Source: Methanobacteriota archaeon
GTDB taxonomy: Archaea; Thermoplasmatota; Thermoplasmata; RBG-16-68-12
Assembly: GCA_005878485.1 (NCBI GenBank)
Contig: VBMG01000038.1
Location: forward strand, 1-49,609
Direction of reading: 5' to 3'
DNA: 49,609 nt
The position numbers were made by a program, and so were the translations under genes. Position 1 is the stretch's first letter. Every line of letters begins with the position of its first letter. The notes below the pieces were generated by a model, which was not told the DNA's origin, made no database searches, and saw only the letters and a program-made list of their open reading frames with translations. Shown here one piece after another: positions 19,605-29,373 of the stretch.

Positions 19605-20552
19605 GTGCGGGACCTCGTCGCGGCGCTCCTCCAGGGGGACAAGCGCGCCGCGGGAAAACTCATTTCGTTGATCGAAGACGATGAACCGGAGGCCGTGGAC
19701 GCCCTTCAACGAATCTACCCGCACACGGGGCGCGCCCACGTCGTCGGGTTCACAGGCCCGCCGGGCGTCGGAAAGAGTTCCCTCATCAATCGCTTGGTTC
19801 GAACCTTCCGGGCCCGAGGCAAGACCATCGGGGTCGTCGCGGTCGATCCGACGTCGCCGTACACGGGCGGCGCGGTGCTGGGTGACCGGATCCGCATGGC
19901 GGACACGGGCATCGACCCGGGAGTGTTCATCCGTTCGATGGCGACGCGGGGCCACGCGGGCGGCCTCGCCTTGGCCACGTTCGATGCCGTGCGGGTCCTC
20001 GACGCGATGGGATCCCAGGTGGTCTTTGTCGAGACGGTCGGGGCGGGACAGAGCGAGGTCGAAATCGCGACGCGCGCCCACACGGTCGTCGTCGTGGAGA
20101 TGCCGCTGACCGGGGATGTCGTCCAGACCATGAAGGCTGGGATCCTGGAGATCGGCGACGTCTATGTGGTGAACAAGGTCGACCTCGGGAACGCGGACGT
20201 CCTGGTTGCCAACCTGAAGTTCCAGCTTGCGGCCCGCGAGGGGTGGACGCCGCCAATCGTCCGCACCGCAGCACTGGAGGGGCAGGGGATCGAGGAGCTG
20301 GCGGATGTCCTCGAGAGGCATGCCATCTTCCTCGAGCGCTCCGGATTCCGCCACGGACGCGAGGTGGCTCGCGCGCGTCAGGAAATTCTGGAGACCGCAC
20401 AACGACTGCTCGTCCGCGGGGTTTCCGAGGGATCGCCGACGGGGCCCCTGTTCGATCGACTCGCGAACGCGGTCGCGGACCGCGAGACGGATCCACACGC
20501 CGCGGCACGGAAGCTCCTCGAGTCCCATCCGAAGAAAAAGCGACCGCGCTGA
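19605..20552 (+). CDS. meaB: Mutase-associated GTPase chaperone MeaB
   Basis: GFTGPPGVGKS, AVDPTSPYTGGAVLGDRIRM, ETVGAGQSE, NKVD. Confidence 0.95.
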   Translation: MRDLVAALLQGDKRAAGKLISLIEDDEPEAVDALQRIYPHTGRAHVVGFTGPPGVGKSSLINRLVRTFRARGKTIGVVAVDPTSPYTGGAVLGDRIRMADTGIDPGVFIRSMATRGHAGGLALATFDAVRVLDAMGSQVVFVETVGAGQSEVEIATRAHTVVVVEMPLTGDVVQTMKAGILEIGDVYVVNKVDLGNADVLVANLKFQLAAREGWTPPIVRTAALEGQGIEELADVLERHAIFLERSGFRHGREVARARQEILETAQRLLVRGVSEGSPTGPLFDRLANAVADRETDPHAAARKLLESHPKKKRPR

Positions 20553-20559
20553 GGCGGGA

Positions 20560-20634
20560 CGCTCGGGAGGGGATTCGAACCCCTGAGACCCGGCTTAGGA
20601 GGCCGGAGCCCTATCCAAGCTAGGCGACCCGAGC
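20560..20634 (-). tRNA. tRNA-Arg (anticodon CCT), intronless, CCA not encoded
   Basis: Cloverleaf GCTCGGG..GCCTAGCTTGGATAGGGC..CCGGC CTCCTAA GCCGG..AGGGG TTCGAAT CCCCT CCCGAGC G. Confidence 0.95.
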
Positions 20635-20769
20635 CCTCCGGCAAGAGCATGCTTCGATAAGAGGTCACCGCCACGGGTGGCTCGGCGTGCCGGATCGCCG
20701 CTTCGGACTCTTGTCATCCCTGTGCTCACTTGTGGTCCGAAACGGTCCGACCGATTACATGCTGGATAA

Positions 20770-22272
20770 GTGCCCACGGAATTCTGGGCGCAGCGGTCTC
20801 ACGTGCAACCCCCTCGCGTGGCCTTTATCATCCTTCTCCTCGCGGTGCTCCTCTCGGCGAGCTCCCTCGCATTAGCGGAGATTCAGCCGAGTCCGGAGGC
20901 GTGCGACGCAGCCGGCGTCATCACGTTAATCCGTGTCGTTCGGACCGGGTGGCAGACCGCGAGCGTTCTCGGCTCCTCGACGAGCATCAATTGCGGGATC
21001 GACGTCCGTGTGGACGGAATCGTCGTCCGGACGGGTTCAACGATTTGGAACGGAGATTACTGGTTCCTGTATGTGCCGGTCGTTAGCGGATCGCACGTGC
21101 GGACCTGCATGGGCCTGAGCTGCTCGGACGTTGTCCCGGTCCCCACCTACGTTCCGCAGCCCATTGGTCCGCCGGGTTTCATCTCTGCACACGAGTCGAA
21201 CTTGACGATCAAGGGCACCGTCGTCCAACTCTTCGGGGTCAACGAGCAGACCGCGTTCATCTACGCGATGATCGCATCCGGTCTGTGGGGGTACCCCGAT
21301 CCGAACTCGTATTGGGGCAGGAACGCCCTGTTCCCCGCGGGTCCCGACGGGCGGATTCCCGGCGTATCAAACGTCGATTCCCTGTGGCGCGAGTACTTCC
21401 GATACTTCCTCCATTACAACCAGGTCGCGGGCGATCCCGACAACCCGAGGACGAACGTGCTTCGCATTTGGGTCGCGGACGACACGTGGTTCCCCGACGG
21501 GACCTACTTGACGTACAAGACGTACCCCGTCGCGTTCTGGAACATCTTCGACCGGATGGCCTACTGGGCCGACCGCGCCGGCGTCTATCTTGTCCCTGTC
21601 CTCGGCCACTATGCGAGCGATGAGGATCACAGCTTCTTTGATCGGCAGTCGACGCACTACGCACACCAAGTCGAACTCGTGAGCGCGATCATGGATCGGT
21701 ACAATTGGAACGCCCGGATCGCGATGTGGGATCTGTGGAACGAGCCGGACATCGGCCACGACGCATACTGGGCGAGCGTCGGCGGAATCGACGGCTTCAA
21801 GGCGTGGGTGGGCGGCTACATTGCGGATGTGAAACCGCACAGTTCGAACCACCTCGTCACGATGGGGATCGGCGGCTCGACGACGTTCCCGGGTGTTCCT
21901 CCTTGGAGTTGGCGGTATCACTTCTTCTACAACGACATCCCCGGGCTCGACGTCTCAAATCATCATACATACAGCACGGCCGAGGACCAGTACCTGATCG
22001 ACTTCGAGACGGACTGGCACCAGGCGCTCTGCAAGCCTCATTATGAAAGCGAATTCGGGTACAACCTGTGGGATCCCGGCAACAACTCCCTCGGCTACGG
22101 GTATTGGCCTTGGTACGCGAACCACACGCGCACCGCGGGCTGGCCGGCGATCTCGACGATGGTCTTCCTGAACAACTCGAAAGGACCCTACGCGGACTAC
22201 CCGTACCTGGGGCCGCTGCCGCCGTACCCATTCACCTTCAAGCCCTATGGTTTGGAGGAGCCGATGGGTTAA
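20770..22272 (+). CDS. Secreted/anchored clan GH-A glycoside hydrolase (GH5-like, mannanase/cellulase type)
   Basis: Hydrophobic signal sequence, NVLRIW, acid/base WDLWNEP, HHTY, nucleophile ESEFG. Start could be slightly downstream. Confidence 0.78.
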   Translation: MPTEFWAQRSHVQPPRVAFIILLLAVLLSASSLALAEIQPSPEACDAAGVITLIRVVRTGWQTASVLGSSTSINCGIDVRVDGIVVRTGSTIWNGDYWFLYVPVVSGSHVRTCMGLSCSDVVPVPTYVPQPIGPPGFISAHESNLTIKGTVVQLFGVNEQTAFIYAMIASGLWGYPDPNSYWGRNALFPAGPDGRIPGVSNVDSLWREYFRYFLHYNQVAGDPDNPRTNVLRIWVADDTWFPDGTYLTYKTYPVAFWNIFDRMAYWADRAGVYLVPVLGHYASDEDHSFFDRQSTHYAHQVELVSAIMDRYNWNARIAMWDLWNEPDIGHDAYWASVGGIDGFKAWVGGYIADVKPHSSNHLVTMGIGGSTTFPGVPPWSWRYHFFYNDIPGLDVSNHHTYSTAEDQYLIDFETDWHQALCKPHYESEFGYNLWDPGNNSLGYGYWPWYANHTRTAGWPAISTMVFLNNSKGPYADYPYLGPLPPYPFTFKPYGLEEPMG

Positions 22273-22291
22273 CCGAGGGTCCGCGCCGAAG

Positions 22292-23167
22292 CTAGAGCTC
22301 CTCGGGCGCCTTCTCCGTCGGAGGGAGTTCCTCTTCGGACGGAGCTCCGGTTGCCGGCTTCGACTTCGTGGCGGTCGCCCGCCGAGTTGCCTTCTTGGGG
22401 GCGGGCCGTGCCTTCTGCTCCGGCTTCGTTTCTTCGACGGGTGTCGCTTCCGCCTTCGTCTCTGTTTTCGGTTCTTTCTTCTCGTACTCCTCGATGAACC
22501 GGATGCTCTTCACATCTGAGAGCTCCCGCAGGTCGGCAACGACGCGGAACTTCGAGACGAACCACTTCTCGTCGGTCTTGCAGACGTCCGGGAGTTGGAT
22601 TTCGGCGGCGCCCGACTTGAGGTGGATCTTGAATTGCTCCGCGAGGCCGTAGTCCATGTCGATGATCGCTCGGACGCGTTCGTCCGGCGTCTTCGCTTTC
22701 CGGGTCGCTCTCACGGCGTACTTCAGTGTCTTGCCGGCGAGCGGGTTGTTGAAGTCCACGCGGACACGGCCCGCGCTTACGGCGGTAACGATGCCATGCT
22801 TGCCGCCGAGGTGGACCTCCAGCCCGACCTCGGGGTTGATCTCTTGACGCAGGAACTCCCGCTCGGTACGGAGTTCGATGAGTCGCGGGTCCCGTGCCCC
22901 GGCCCCCTTCTCGGCGGGAATCACGACTTCCTTCGTGTCGCCAATGTTCAGCCCGACCAACGCGGCTTCCAAACCCTCAAACAAGCGCCCCCGGCCCACG
23001 ACCACCGGGATTTCGAGGTACACTTTCTTCTCATCGAACTTGCCCTCTTTCTTCGCGACCTCATCGTGGGTCGTGTCGAAGAGGGTCTGGGTCCCGTTTG
23101 GATTCACGGTCCAGGCGTCGTATTCGATCCAGACGATGTCTCCTTTCTCAATCGCTTCCGACGCCAC
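22292..23167 (-). CDS. Long-type archaeal FKBP peptidyl-prolyl isomerase (SlyD-like)
   Basis: GDIVWIEY, LFDTT, GRVRVDFNNPLAGKTLKY; charged low-complexity tail. Confidence 0.92.
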   Translation of the reverse strand: MASEAIEKGDIVWIEYDAWTVNPNGTQTLFDTTHDEVAKKEGKFDEKKVYLEIPVVVGRGRLFEGLEAALVGLNIGDTKEVVIPAEKGAGARDPRLIELRTEREFLRQEINPEVGLEVHLGGKHGIVTAVSAGRVRVDFNNPLAGKTLKYAVRATRKAKTPDERVRAIIDMDYGLAEQFKIHLKSGAAEIQLPDVCKTDEKWFVSKFRVVADLRELSDVKSIRFIEEYEKKEPKTETKAEATPVEETKPEQKARPAPKKATRRATATKSKPATGAPSEEELPPTEKAPEEL

Positions 23168-23274
23168 AGGCTCACTCCAGGATGGCCATGGAAAAGATGC
23201 TTTCGCTTAAAGGTTGCGGGGCCCTGGCGCGGAATCGACGATGTCGAAGGAGCCCCGATCGAATCAACTGGCCG

Positions 23275-24189
23275 TCACTTCACCATTCCAATGGCCACGG
23301 AGATCCGCTTGTACCGATTCCGGATCGTGACCTCCGTCACGCCCGCGACCTCGGCGACTTCCTTCTGCGTGCACGGTTTGTTGCAGAGAATCGCGGAGAT
23401 GTAGATCGTGGCGGCGGCGACTCCGCTCGGCGCGACACCGGAGGCGAGCTCGTCCTTCTCGACTTTGTCAAGGATCTCCTTCGCCTTCCGTTGGACGTCC
23501 ATGTCGAGCTCGAGTCGGTTGCAGAATCGGGCGATGTAATCCCGCGGGCTTTGTGGGAGGAGTTTGAGTCCGAGTTCTCGCACAAGAGTCCGGTAGGTCC
23601 GTCCGATCGACTTGCGGTCGACGCTCGACTTCGAGGCGATTTCGTCCAAGGTCCTCGGGACGCCGGATTGCCGGCATGAGGCGTACAGGGTCGCGGCGAC
23701 GACTTCGTCGATCGATCGACCCCGGACGAGGTTCTTCGTCGAGGCGCGCCGATAGAGGACGGCGGCATTCTCGCGCACGTGGCGGGGCAGCCCCATCTTC
23801 GAAGCCATCGTGTTAATCTCCGTCAAGCCCTGGGCGAGGGACCGCTCGCCGCTCTTCGAGGTCCGGATCCGGTGCTGCCACTTCCGCAGCCGGTAGATTT
23901 GGGCCCGCGACTTGTGGGGGATCTGCCGTCCATACGCGTCCTTGTTCCGCCAGCCGATCGAGGTCGAGAGGCCTTTGTCGTGGGCCATGATCGTGCTCGG
24001 CGGCCCGGCCCGTTCCCGCGACTCCCGCTGGTCCGAGTCGAACGCGCGCCACTCCGGCCCTTCGTCGATGATCATGTCGTCGAGGACGAGTCCGCAGTCC
24101 TCGCACACGATCTCGGCACGGGAGTAATCCCGCACCAGATGATCCCCGCGGCATTCTGGGCACTGGGTTGTGATCTCTACCTCTCGCAC
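23275..24189 (-). CDS. tfb: Transcription initiation factor IIB
   Basis: Zn ribbon CPEC..CEDC, GPEWRAF, HDKGLST, two cyclin repeats, [11 protein letters not shown]. Confidence 0.98.
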   Translation of the reverse strand: MREVEITTQCPECRGDHLVRDYSRAEIVCEDCGLVLDDMIIDEGPEWRAFDSDQRESRERAGPPSTIMAHDKGLSTSIGWRNKDAYGRQIPHKSRAQIYRLRKWQHRIRTSKSGERSLAQGLTEINTMASKMGLPRHVRENAAVLYRRASTKNLVRGRSIDEVVAATLYASCRQSGVPRTLDEIASKSSVDRKSIGRTYRTLVRELGLKLLPQSPRDYIARFCNRLELDMDVQRKAKEILDKVEKDELASGVAPSGVAAATIYISAILCNKPCTQKEVAEVAGVTEVTIRNRYKRISVAIGMVK

Positions 24190-24327
24190 CTTATCAGGTC
24201 CTCCCCCGAAAGAATAATGTAAACCCTACGAAACAGGAATTATTTAACCCTTCGTCCGGACACTTTGCGCGAACCGTGCGGCAATGCGCCAAATGATTCC
24301 GGCGCCGAATGCGTTTCGGGGCGTTCG

Positions 24328-25065
24328 TCACGCGTGGAACTCGACGTATTCCCCGTTCCGGAACATCCGCCATCGGCCCGGCAAGGTTGGCAGAACTTCC
24401 GAGCAGACGACCTCGAGCCCGTCGGCCGACGTCGAATGGAGCGTATAGTAGGGAACGCAGGTGCGGGCGTCCCGGTGCGCGATGAGACGATTCCCGTCGA
24501 GCAAGAGGAACGTGTACGACTCGACCTTGCGCGGGAACTCCGCGTCAATCGCCGCCTTCGCCTTTGCGATGGCCTGCTTCAACTCCGGGAGCGGCCTCGG
24601 TTCCGTCCCGAGCGCTTCGACGAACCGGTCGTAGATGAACTGCGAGTCGATTTTCCCGTTGCGGACCCCGAACTCGTCGATCTCGCCGTTATGCGCGAAA
24701 AACATCACGCGGCCGTCGACCTCGCGACGGAAGGGGTGTGCGTATTGTTCCTGGATCGTGTCTTTCTTCGATGCGTAGCGGACGTGGGCGACCAAGGCCA
24801 AGGGCGGGCTGCACACCCGAGCAAGCCGCCGGACCGTATCCTCGTACTTCGGGTCTGCGGTTGCTTTGGCCCGACCGCGCGCGTAGAACTCCCCCTCTTG
24901 CCCGACGCAGGCGATTCCCCAGCCATCCGGATGCCCGGATTTCGGGTTCGGCTGCGGGCACCCGAAGTCCCGGTAGTTCCGGCCCGTATCCGCGAGTTGC
25001 CGGAACGCCATGAGCGTCTCGACGGGCACCGACTTGCGGCTCACGAGCGCGAGCATTCGACACAT
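24328..25065 (-). CDS. Class II glutamine amidotransferase-like Ntn hydrolase (YafJ/EgtC-like)
   Basis: N-terminal MCRM, HPDGWGIA, AHVRYAS, HPF, FAHNG, DS. Confidence 0.88.
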   Translation of the reverse strand: MCRMLALVSRKSVPVETLMAFRQLADTGRNYRDFGCPQPNPKSGHPDGWGIACVGQEGEFYARGRAKATADPKYEDTVRRLARVCSPPLALVAHVRYASKKDTIQEQYAHPFRREVDGRVMFFAHNGEIDEFGVRNGKIDSQFIYDRFVEALGTEPRPLPELKQAIAKAKAAIDAEFPRKVESYTFLLLDGNRLIAHRDARTCVPYYTLHSTSADGLEVVCSEVLPTLPGRWRMFRNGEYVEFHA

Positions 25066-25066
25066 G

Positions 25067-25558
25067 TCAGCCCAGCTTGTACCCGATCTTACGGAGGAAC
25101 GCGATGCGCTCCGCACGATCCTTCTGCGTCTCGATGCCCTTCGCCCGCTCGCCGTCCACGACCCCCAGGATGCCTCGGCCCCGCGGGGTCTTCGCAACGA
25201 CCACGTCCACGGGATTCGCGGTCGCCGCGTACACGGTCACGATTTCCGGTACGTCGCGGAGGGCCCGCAGGACGTTGATCGGATAGGCGTCCTTGAGGAT
25301 CACGATGAAGAAGTGGCCCGCTCCGACCGCGAGCGCATTCTTCGCGGCAAGGGCCTTCAGCCCGTCGTCGTTCCCCTCGACACGCACAAGGCACGGCCCG
25401 GAGGCCTCGCAAAACGCGACGCCGAACTTGATCCCGGGAACAGATCCGACGAGGGCTTCGTGGACATCCTCGGCGGTCTTGATGAAGTGGGTCTGCCCGA
25501 GGATCACGTTGAGCCCGCCCGGATTCTCGATCGGGACCAGTTCCGTGTCCACTTGCAT
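25067..25558 (-). CDS. Adenosine-binding 'adenosine-specific kinase' family protein (DUF355)
   Basis: NVILGQTHFIKTAED, FGVAFCEASGPCL, ATANP, GRGILGVVDG, IGYKL. Confidence 0.9.
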   Translation of the reverse strand: MQVDTELVPIENPGGLNVILGQTHFIKTAEDVHEALVGSVPGIKFGVAFCEASGPCLVRVEGNDDGLKALAAKNALAVGAGHFFIVILKDAYPINVLRALRDVPEIVTVYAATANPVDVVVAKTPRGRGILGVVDGERAKGIETQKDRAERIAFLRKIGYKLG

Positions 25559-25662
25559 CGTCGATGTATCGGGCCTCGCGAATTAAAGTCTTGTTGCGGC
25601 CGCCTGAGGGTACGCTACGTGCATGCGCAAGGGAGACGGGGACCCGTCCCCTTCGGCGGCGC

Positions 25663-25977
25663 ATGGCTCGAATCAAAGGCCTGTGGGGCCTGCTAGCCGG
25701 CGTCGACGACCCCTCGGTACGGGAAGATCTCGCCCTCGTTGCGACGGCGATTCAGGTGCATTTTGCGAACCGGGTCGTCCACGAGCGGGCGGTCGTGGAG
25801 TTCATGTCGATCCGGTTCCGGTGGACCGGGTCCAAGACCCGGCGACGCCTCGACTCCCTCGTAGAACTCGGCGTGCTCCGCTGCACCCGGGACCTCGCAG
25901 ACAACTGGACGAAAGTCTTCGAGGTCGTCGACCGCCCAGCTGTGCCGGCGGCGTTGGCCGTCGAACTCGGCGCCTGA
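25663..25977 (+). CDS. Small winged-helix (MarR-like wing) protein
   Basis: TRRRLDSLVELGVLRCTRDLADNWTKVFEV resembles the recognition helix and wing of MarR-type proteins. Confidence 0.6.
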   Translation: MARIKGLWGLLAGVDDPSVREDLALVATAIQVHFANRVVHERAVVEFMSIRFRWTGSKTRRRLDSLVELGVLRCTRDLADNWTKVFEVVDRPAVPAALAVELGA

Positions 25978-25978
25978 C

Positions 25979-26470
25979 CTAACCGGGTCCCGTCGTGGCC
26001 TTCGTCACCCGCTCCAGGAATCCGGATGCGCGAATCGGCTGGTAGCAGAGCATCAGGAAATCCGACGCGACAAAGACGAAGATTTCCTTGGGCACGCGCC
26101 TCACGGATCGATGGCGGACCGCTGCGACACCGCTATTCGGATTCAGCTCAAACGGGAACCCCATCCGCCGACTCAGGGCCGCCAGGCGGCGGAACGCGCT
26201 GCCCTTCCGGCTAACTAGGAAGTCGTACAGGGTCGACTCCTTCGGCTCGACGAACGCGTAGGCGAGGACCTCTGGCGGGTCGCTTACTCCGGGGTAAACC
26301 TCGTCGCGAAGGGCGAAACCGAACGAAAACCCGGCGTGCGCGCTGCGCCCGATTCTCGAGAACCGGTATCCGACGAAGCTCTTGTTCGAAACGTAACGGC
26401 GGCGGAAATGTTCCATCGGCCATCGGAGCGGTCGATGAATCCTGCCGAAGGTCGCCTCGATTTCGGCCAT
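25979..26470 (-). CDS. Hypothetical protein
   Basis: Protein-like composition and fills the gap between genes. Start could be 26569. Confidence 0.6.
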   Translation of the reverse strand: MAEIEATFGRIHRPLRWPMEHFRRRYVSNKSFVGYRFSRIGRSAHAGFSFGFALRDEVYPGVSDPPEVLAYAFVEPKESTLYDFLVSRKGSAFRRLAALSRRMGFPFELNPNSGVAAVRHRSVRRVPKEIFVFVASDFLMLCYQPIRASGFLERVTKATTGPG

Positions 26471-26641
26471 CCGATTGTCGTCCAACGGGCATCCGGAGTC
26501 CGTCGGAGGCGATAAGCCCTCGGCCCCAGCCGGCGTCCTCCACCGTGGGTTCCCGGCCCCGCGAGCCATTCTCATCGCCTTACGGCTAACTACATATGGG
26601 CCTCGCGCCTCCCTGACGGTGACACCGCCAGGTGGTTCGCC

Positions 26642-29254
26642 ATGCCGAAGGGAACGACGCACCGTCTGCCAGCGACCGTGGAGCCAGAACGGTACACGAT
26701 CGAGTTGCGGCCCGACCTGAGCCGGTTCACCTTCCGCGGCGAGGAGTCCGTCGCGATTCGCGTCATCGAGCCGGTAAAGTCAATTGTGCTGAACGCATCG
26801 GAACTCGAGGTAACGCAAGCGGGCCTTCAAGCGCACGACGGGCGCCTCGTGCCAGCCGCGAAAATCGAACACCTGAAGGACACCGAACGGTTGCGGCTCA
26901 CATTCGGGACATCGGTGCCGAAAGGCGCCGCGACCCTCCGCCTCGTCTTCACCGGGATCCTCAACGACGAGCTATCCGGTTTCTACCGGAGTCGATACAC
27001 GATGGCGAACGGGACGGAGGGATACATGGCCGCTACCCAATTCGAGTCCACGGACGCGCGCCGTGCGTTTCCCTGCTGGGACGAGCCCGCCGCGAAGGCG
27101 ACGTTCCAGCTCTCCCTCGTCGTCCCAGACGGGATGGCGGCCGTGTCGAACACCCCGATTGCGGAGGAGAAGGATCTCGGGGATGGCACGCGCCTCGTCC
27201 GCTTCGCAGAAACGCCGCGGATGGCGCCGTACCTCCTCGCCTTCGTCGTCGGACCCCTCGAGGCGATCAAGGGCAAGACCCGCACCGGTACACACGTCGG
27301 CGTGTGGACCCTCCCCGACCGAACCGCCCATGGCCGCTGGGCCCTCGACGAATCGATCCGGGTCCTGGAGTACCTGAACGAGTACTACGGCCTCCCGTAC
27401 CCGCTCGAGAAGCTCGACCATCTCGCCTTGCAGGACTTCGCGGCCGGCGCCATGGAGAACTGGGGCGCGATCACATACCGGGAGCGCATCCTGCTGTTCG
27501 ATCCCGCGACGTCCTCCGCCCAGACGCGGCAGAACATTGTGGACGTAATCGCCCACGAGACGGCCCACATGTGGTTCGGGGATCTCGTGACGATGGCTTG
27601 GTGGGACGACCTCTGGCTCAACGAGAGCTTCGCGTCCTGGATGGGCGTGAAGACCGTCAACGCCCTCCATCCGGACTGGAAGATGTGGACCCAGTTCTTC
27701 GGGCTCGACACGATCCGCGGGCTCATCCTCGACGGGCTCCGGAGCTCCCACCCGATTGAAGTGCCCGTGAAGGACCCCGCGGAGATCCGGGAGATTTTCG
27801 ATGAGATCAGCTATAGCAAAGGCGCCTCGATCCTCCGGATGCTCGAGCAGTTTCTCGGGGAGGCGTCGTTCCGCCGCGGCCTGCAGAACTATCTGAAGCA
27901 GCACAGCTACGGGAACGCGCGGACGGAGGACCTGTGGCGCGCCTTGGGAGCGGCCTCCGGGCAACCCGTGCGGGCCCTCATGGGCACGTGGACGCGGCAG
28001 ACGGGCTTCCCCCTCCTGGACGTCAAGGTGACGCGCAAGAACAGAGACGCCCGGATTTCCCTGTCCCAATCCCGCTTCGTCTACGGCCACATCCTCCGGC
28101 CGACCAAGGAGAAAGCGCGGTGGAAGATCCCCGTGCGTATCGCGCGGGCGGGCGGGGCAAAGCCCACGAGCTTTCTCATGGAACAGGCGACCGCCTCGCG
28201 CTCCTTGGGACGCTCGCGCCGAACCCCGGACCAGGACTGGATCAAGGTGAACGCCGGGCAGTCCGGGTTCTACCGGGTCAACTACTCGCAGGACGAATGG
28301 GGACGCCTCCGCCGGGCGGTGGCGAGCCGGGAGCTCGACGCACCGGATAGGATCGGCCTCCAGAACGACGCGTATGCGATGACGCGGGCCGGCTACCTTC
28401 CCGCGACCACGTTCCTCGAGTTCACGTCCGCGTACCGGGAGGAGGACGACGCGACCGCCTGGCGGATCATCGCAGACTCCTTGCAGGACTTCGAGACGTG
28501 GATCGCGGACGAACGGTACCTCGATCGCCTCGATGCGTACGGACGGGACCTGTTCCGCGCGGCCGGCGCCCAGAGCGGTTGGGACCCGAGGACCGGCGAG
28601 GGCCATCTCGACACCCTCAAGCGGACGACCGTGCTCGGCCGCCTGGGGCATTACGCCGAGCGACCGGTCCTCGACGAAGCCTCGCGGCGTTTCGCGCGAT
28701 CCCTCCAAGACCCCGCAAGCTTGCATCCCGACCTGCGCGGGCTCGTGTACGGCCTCGTCGCCGAAGAAGCCGACGAAGCGACGTACGAGACGCTCTGGGA
28801 CCTCGAACGCAAGGCCGCCCTCCAGGAGGAGCAGGTCCGTCTCCTCGTCGCCCTGACGCGGCCGAGGGATAAACAGCTCCTGCAGGAGACGCTTCGGCGG
28901 TCCCTGACGGATGCCGTCCGTTCGCAGGACGCGGTCATTGTGATTACGAACGTTGCCACGGCCCGACCGAGCCTGGGACGGGACCTGGCGTGGTCCTTCG
29001 TGAAGAAGAACTGGGACGAGCTCTACCGCCGATACGCTCCGTCCGGGTTCCTCATCCGCCGGCTCGTGGAGATTGCGCAAGCCTTCTCGACGCCGGAAGC
29101 GGCGAAGGACGTCGAGTCGTTCTTCCGAGCCCGCGAGGCCCCGGAGGTTCACCGGGTGGCCCAGCAGGCCGCGGAGAAGATTCGCGTGAACGCCGCCTGG
29201 CGGAATCGGAACGGGAAAGAGCTCGCCCGCTGGTTTGCGTCCCGCGATGATTGA
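26642..29254 (+). CDS. M1 aminopeptidase (puromycin-sensitive/tricorn-interacting factor type)
   Basis: TQFE..ARRAFPCWDEP, GAMENWG, HETAHMW-x18-E (LWLNESFA), YSKG, ERAP1-like C-terminal domain. Confidence 0.96.
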   Translation: MPKGTTHRLPATVEPERYTIELRPDLSRFTFRGEESVAIRVIEPVKSIVLNASELEVTQAGLQAHDGRLVPAAKIEHLKDTERLRLTFGTSVPKGAATLRLVFTGILNDELSGFYRSRYTMANGTEGYMAATQFESTDARRAFPCWDEPAAKATFQLSLVVPDGMAAVSNTPIAEEKDLGDGTRLVRFAETPRMAPYLLAFVVGPLEAIKGKTRTGTHVGVWTLPDRTAHGRWALDESIRVLEYLNEYYGLPYPLEKLDHLALQDFAAGAMENWGAITYRERILLFDPATSSAQTRQNIVDVIAHETAHMWFGDLVTMAWWDDLWLNESFASWMGVKTVNALHPDWKMWTQFFGLDTIRGLILDGLRSSHPIEVPVKDPAEIREIFDEISYSKGASILRMLEQFLGEASFRRGLQNYLKQHSYGNARTEDLWRALGAASGQPVRALMGTWTRQTGFPLLDVKVTRKNRDARISLSQSRFVYGHILRPTKEKARWKIPVRIARAGGAKPTSFLMEQATASRSLGRSRRTPDQDWIKVNAGQSGFYRVNYSQDEWGRLRRAVASRELDAPDRIGLQNDAYAMTRAGYLPATTFLEFTSAYREEDDATAWRIIADSLQDFETWIADERYLDRLDAYGRDLFRAAGAQSGWDPRTGEGHLDTLKRTTVLGRLGHYAERPVLDEASRRFARSLQDPASLHPDLRGLVYGLVAEEADEATYETLWDLERKAALQEEQVRLLVALTRPRDKQLLQETLRRSLTDAVRSQDAVIVITNVATARPSLGRDLAWSFVKKNWDELYRRYAPSGFLIRRLVEIAQAFSTPEAAKDVESFFRAREAPEVHRVAQQAAEKIRVNAAWRNRNGKELARWFASRDD

Positions 29255-29373
29255 CCGAGCCCCGTACGAAGCTCGCCCGGCCCAGGACATCCGGAAACGT
29301 CGAGGACGGGTGAGCATCTCGCTCCCGGTGCGGAGATAGGTTTTTCTCGGACGCGTACGATGGGAACGCCGAC

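Noticed and set aside
20560-22272. Possible tRNA-anchored genomic island
   Set aside because: No integrase or duplicated tRNA 3' end seen. The tRNA 3' end abuts meaB, and the GH5 gene lies on the tRNA 5' side.
26972-29317. 781-aa minus-strand ORF
   Set aside because: Antisense shadow of the M1 aminopeptidase.
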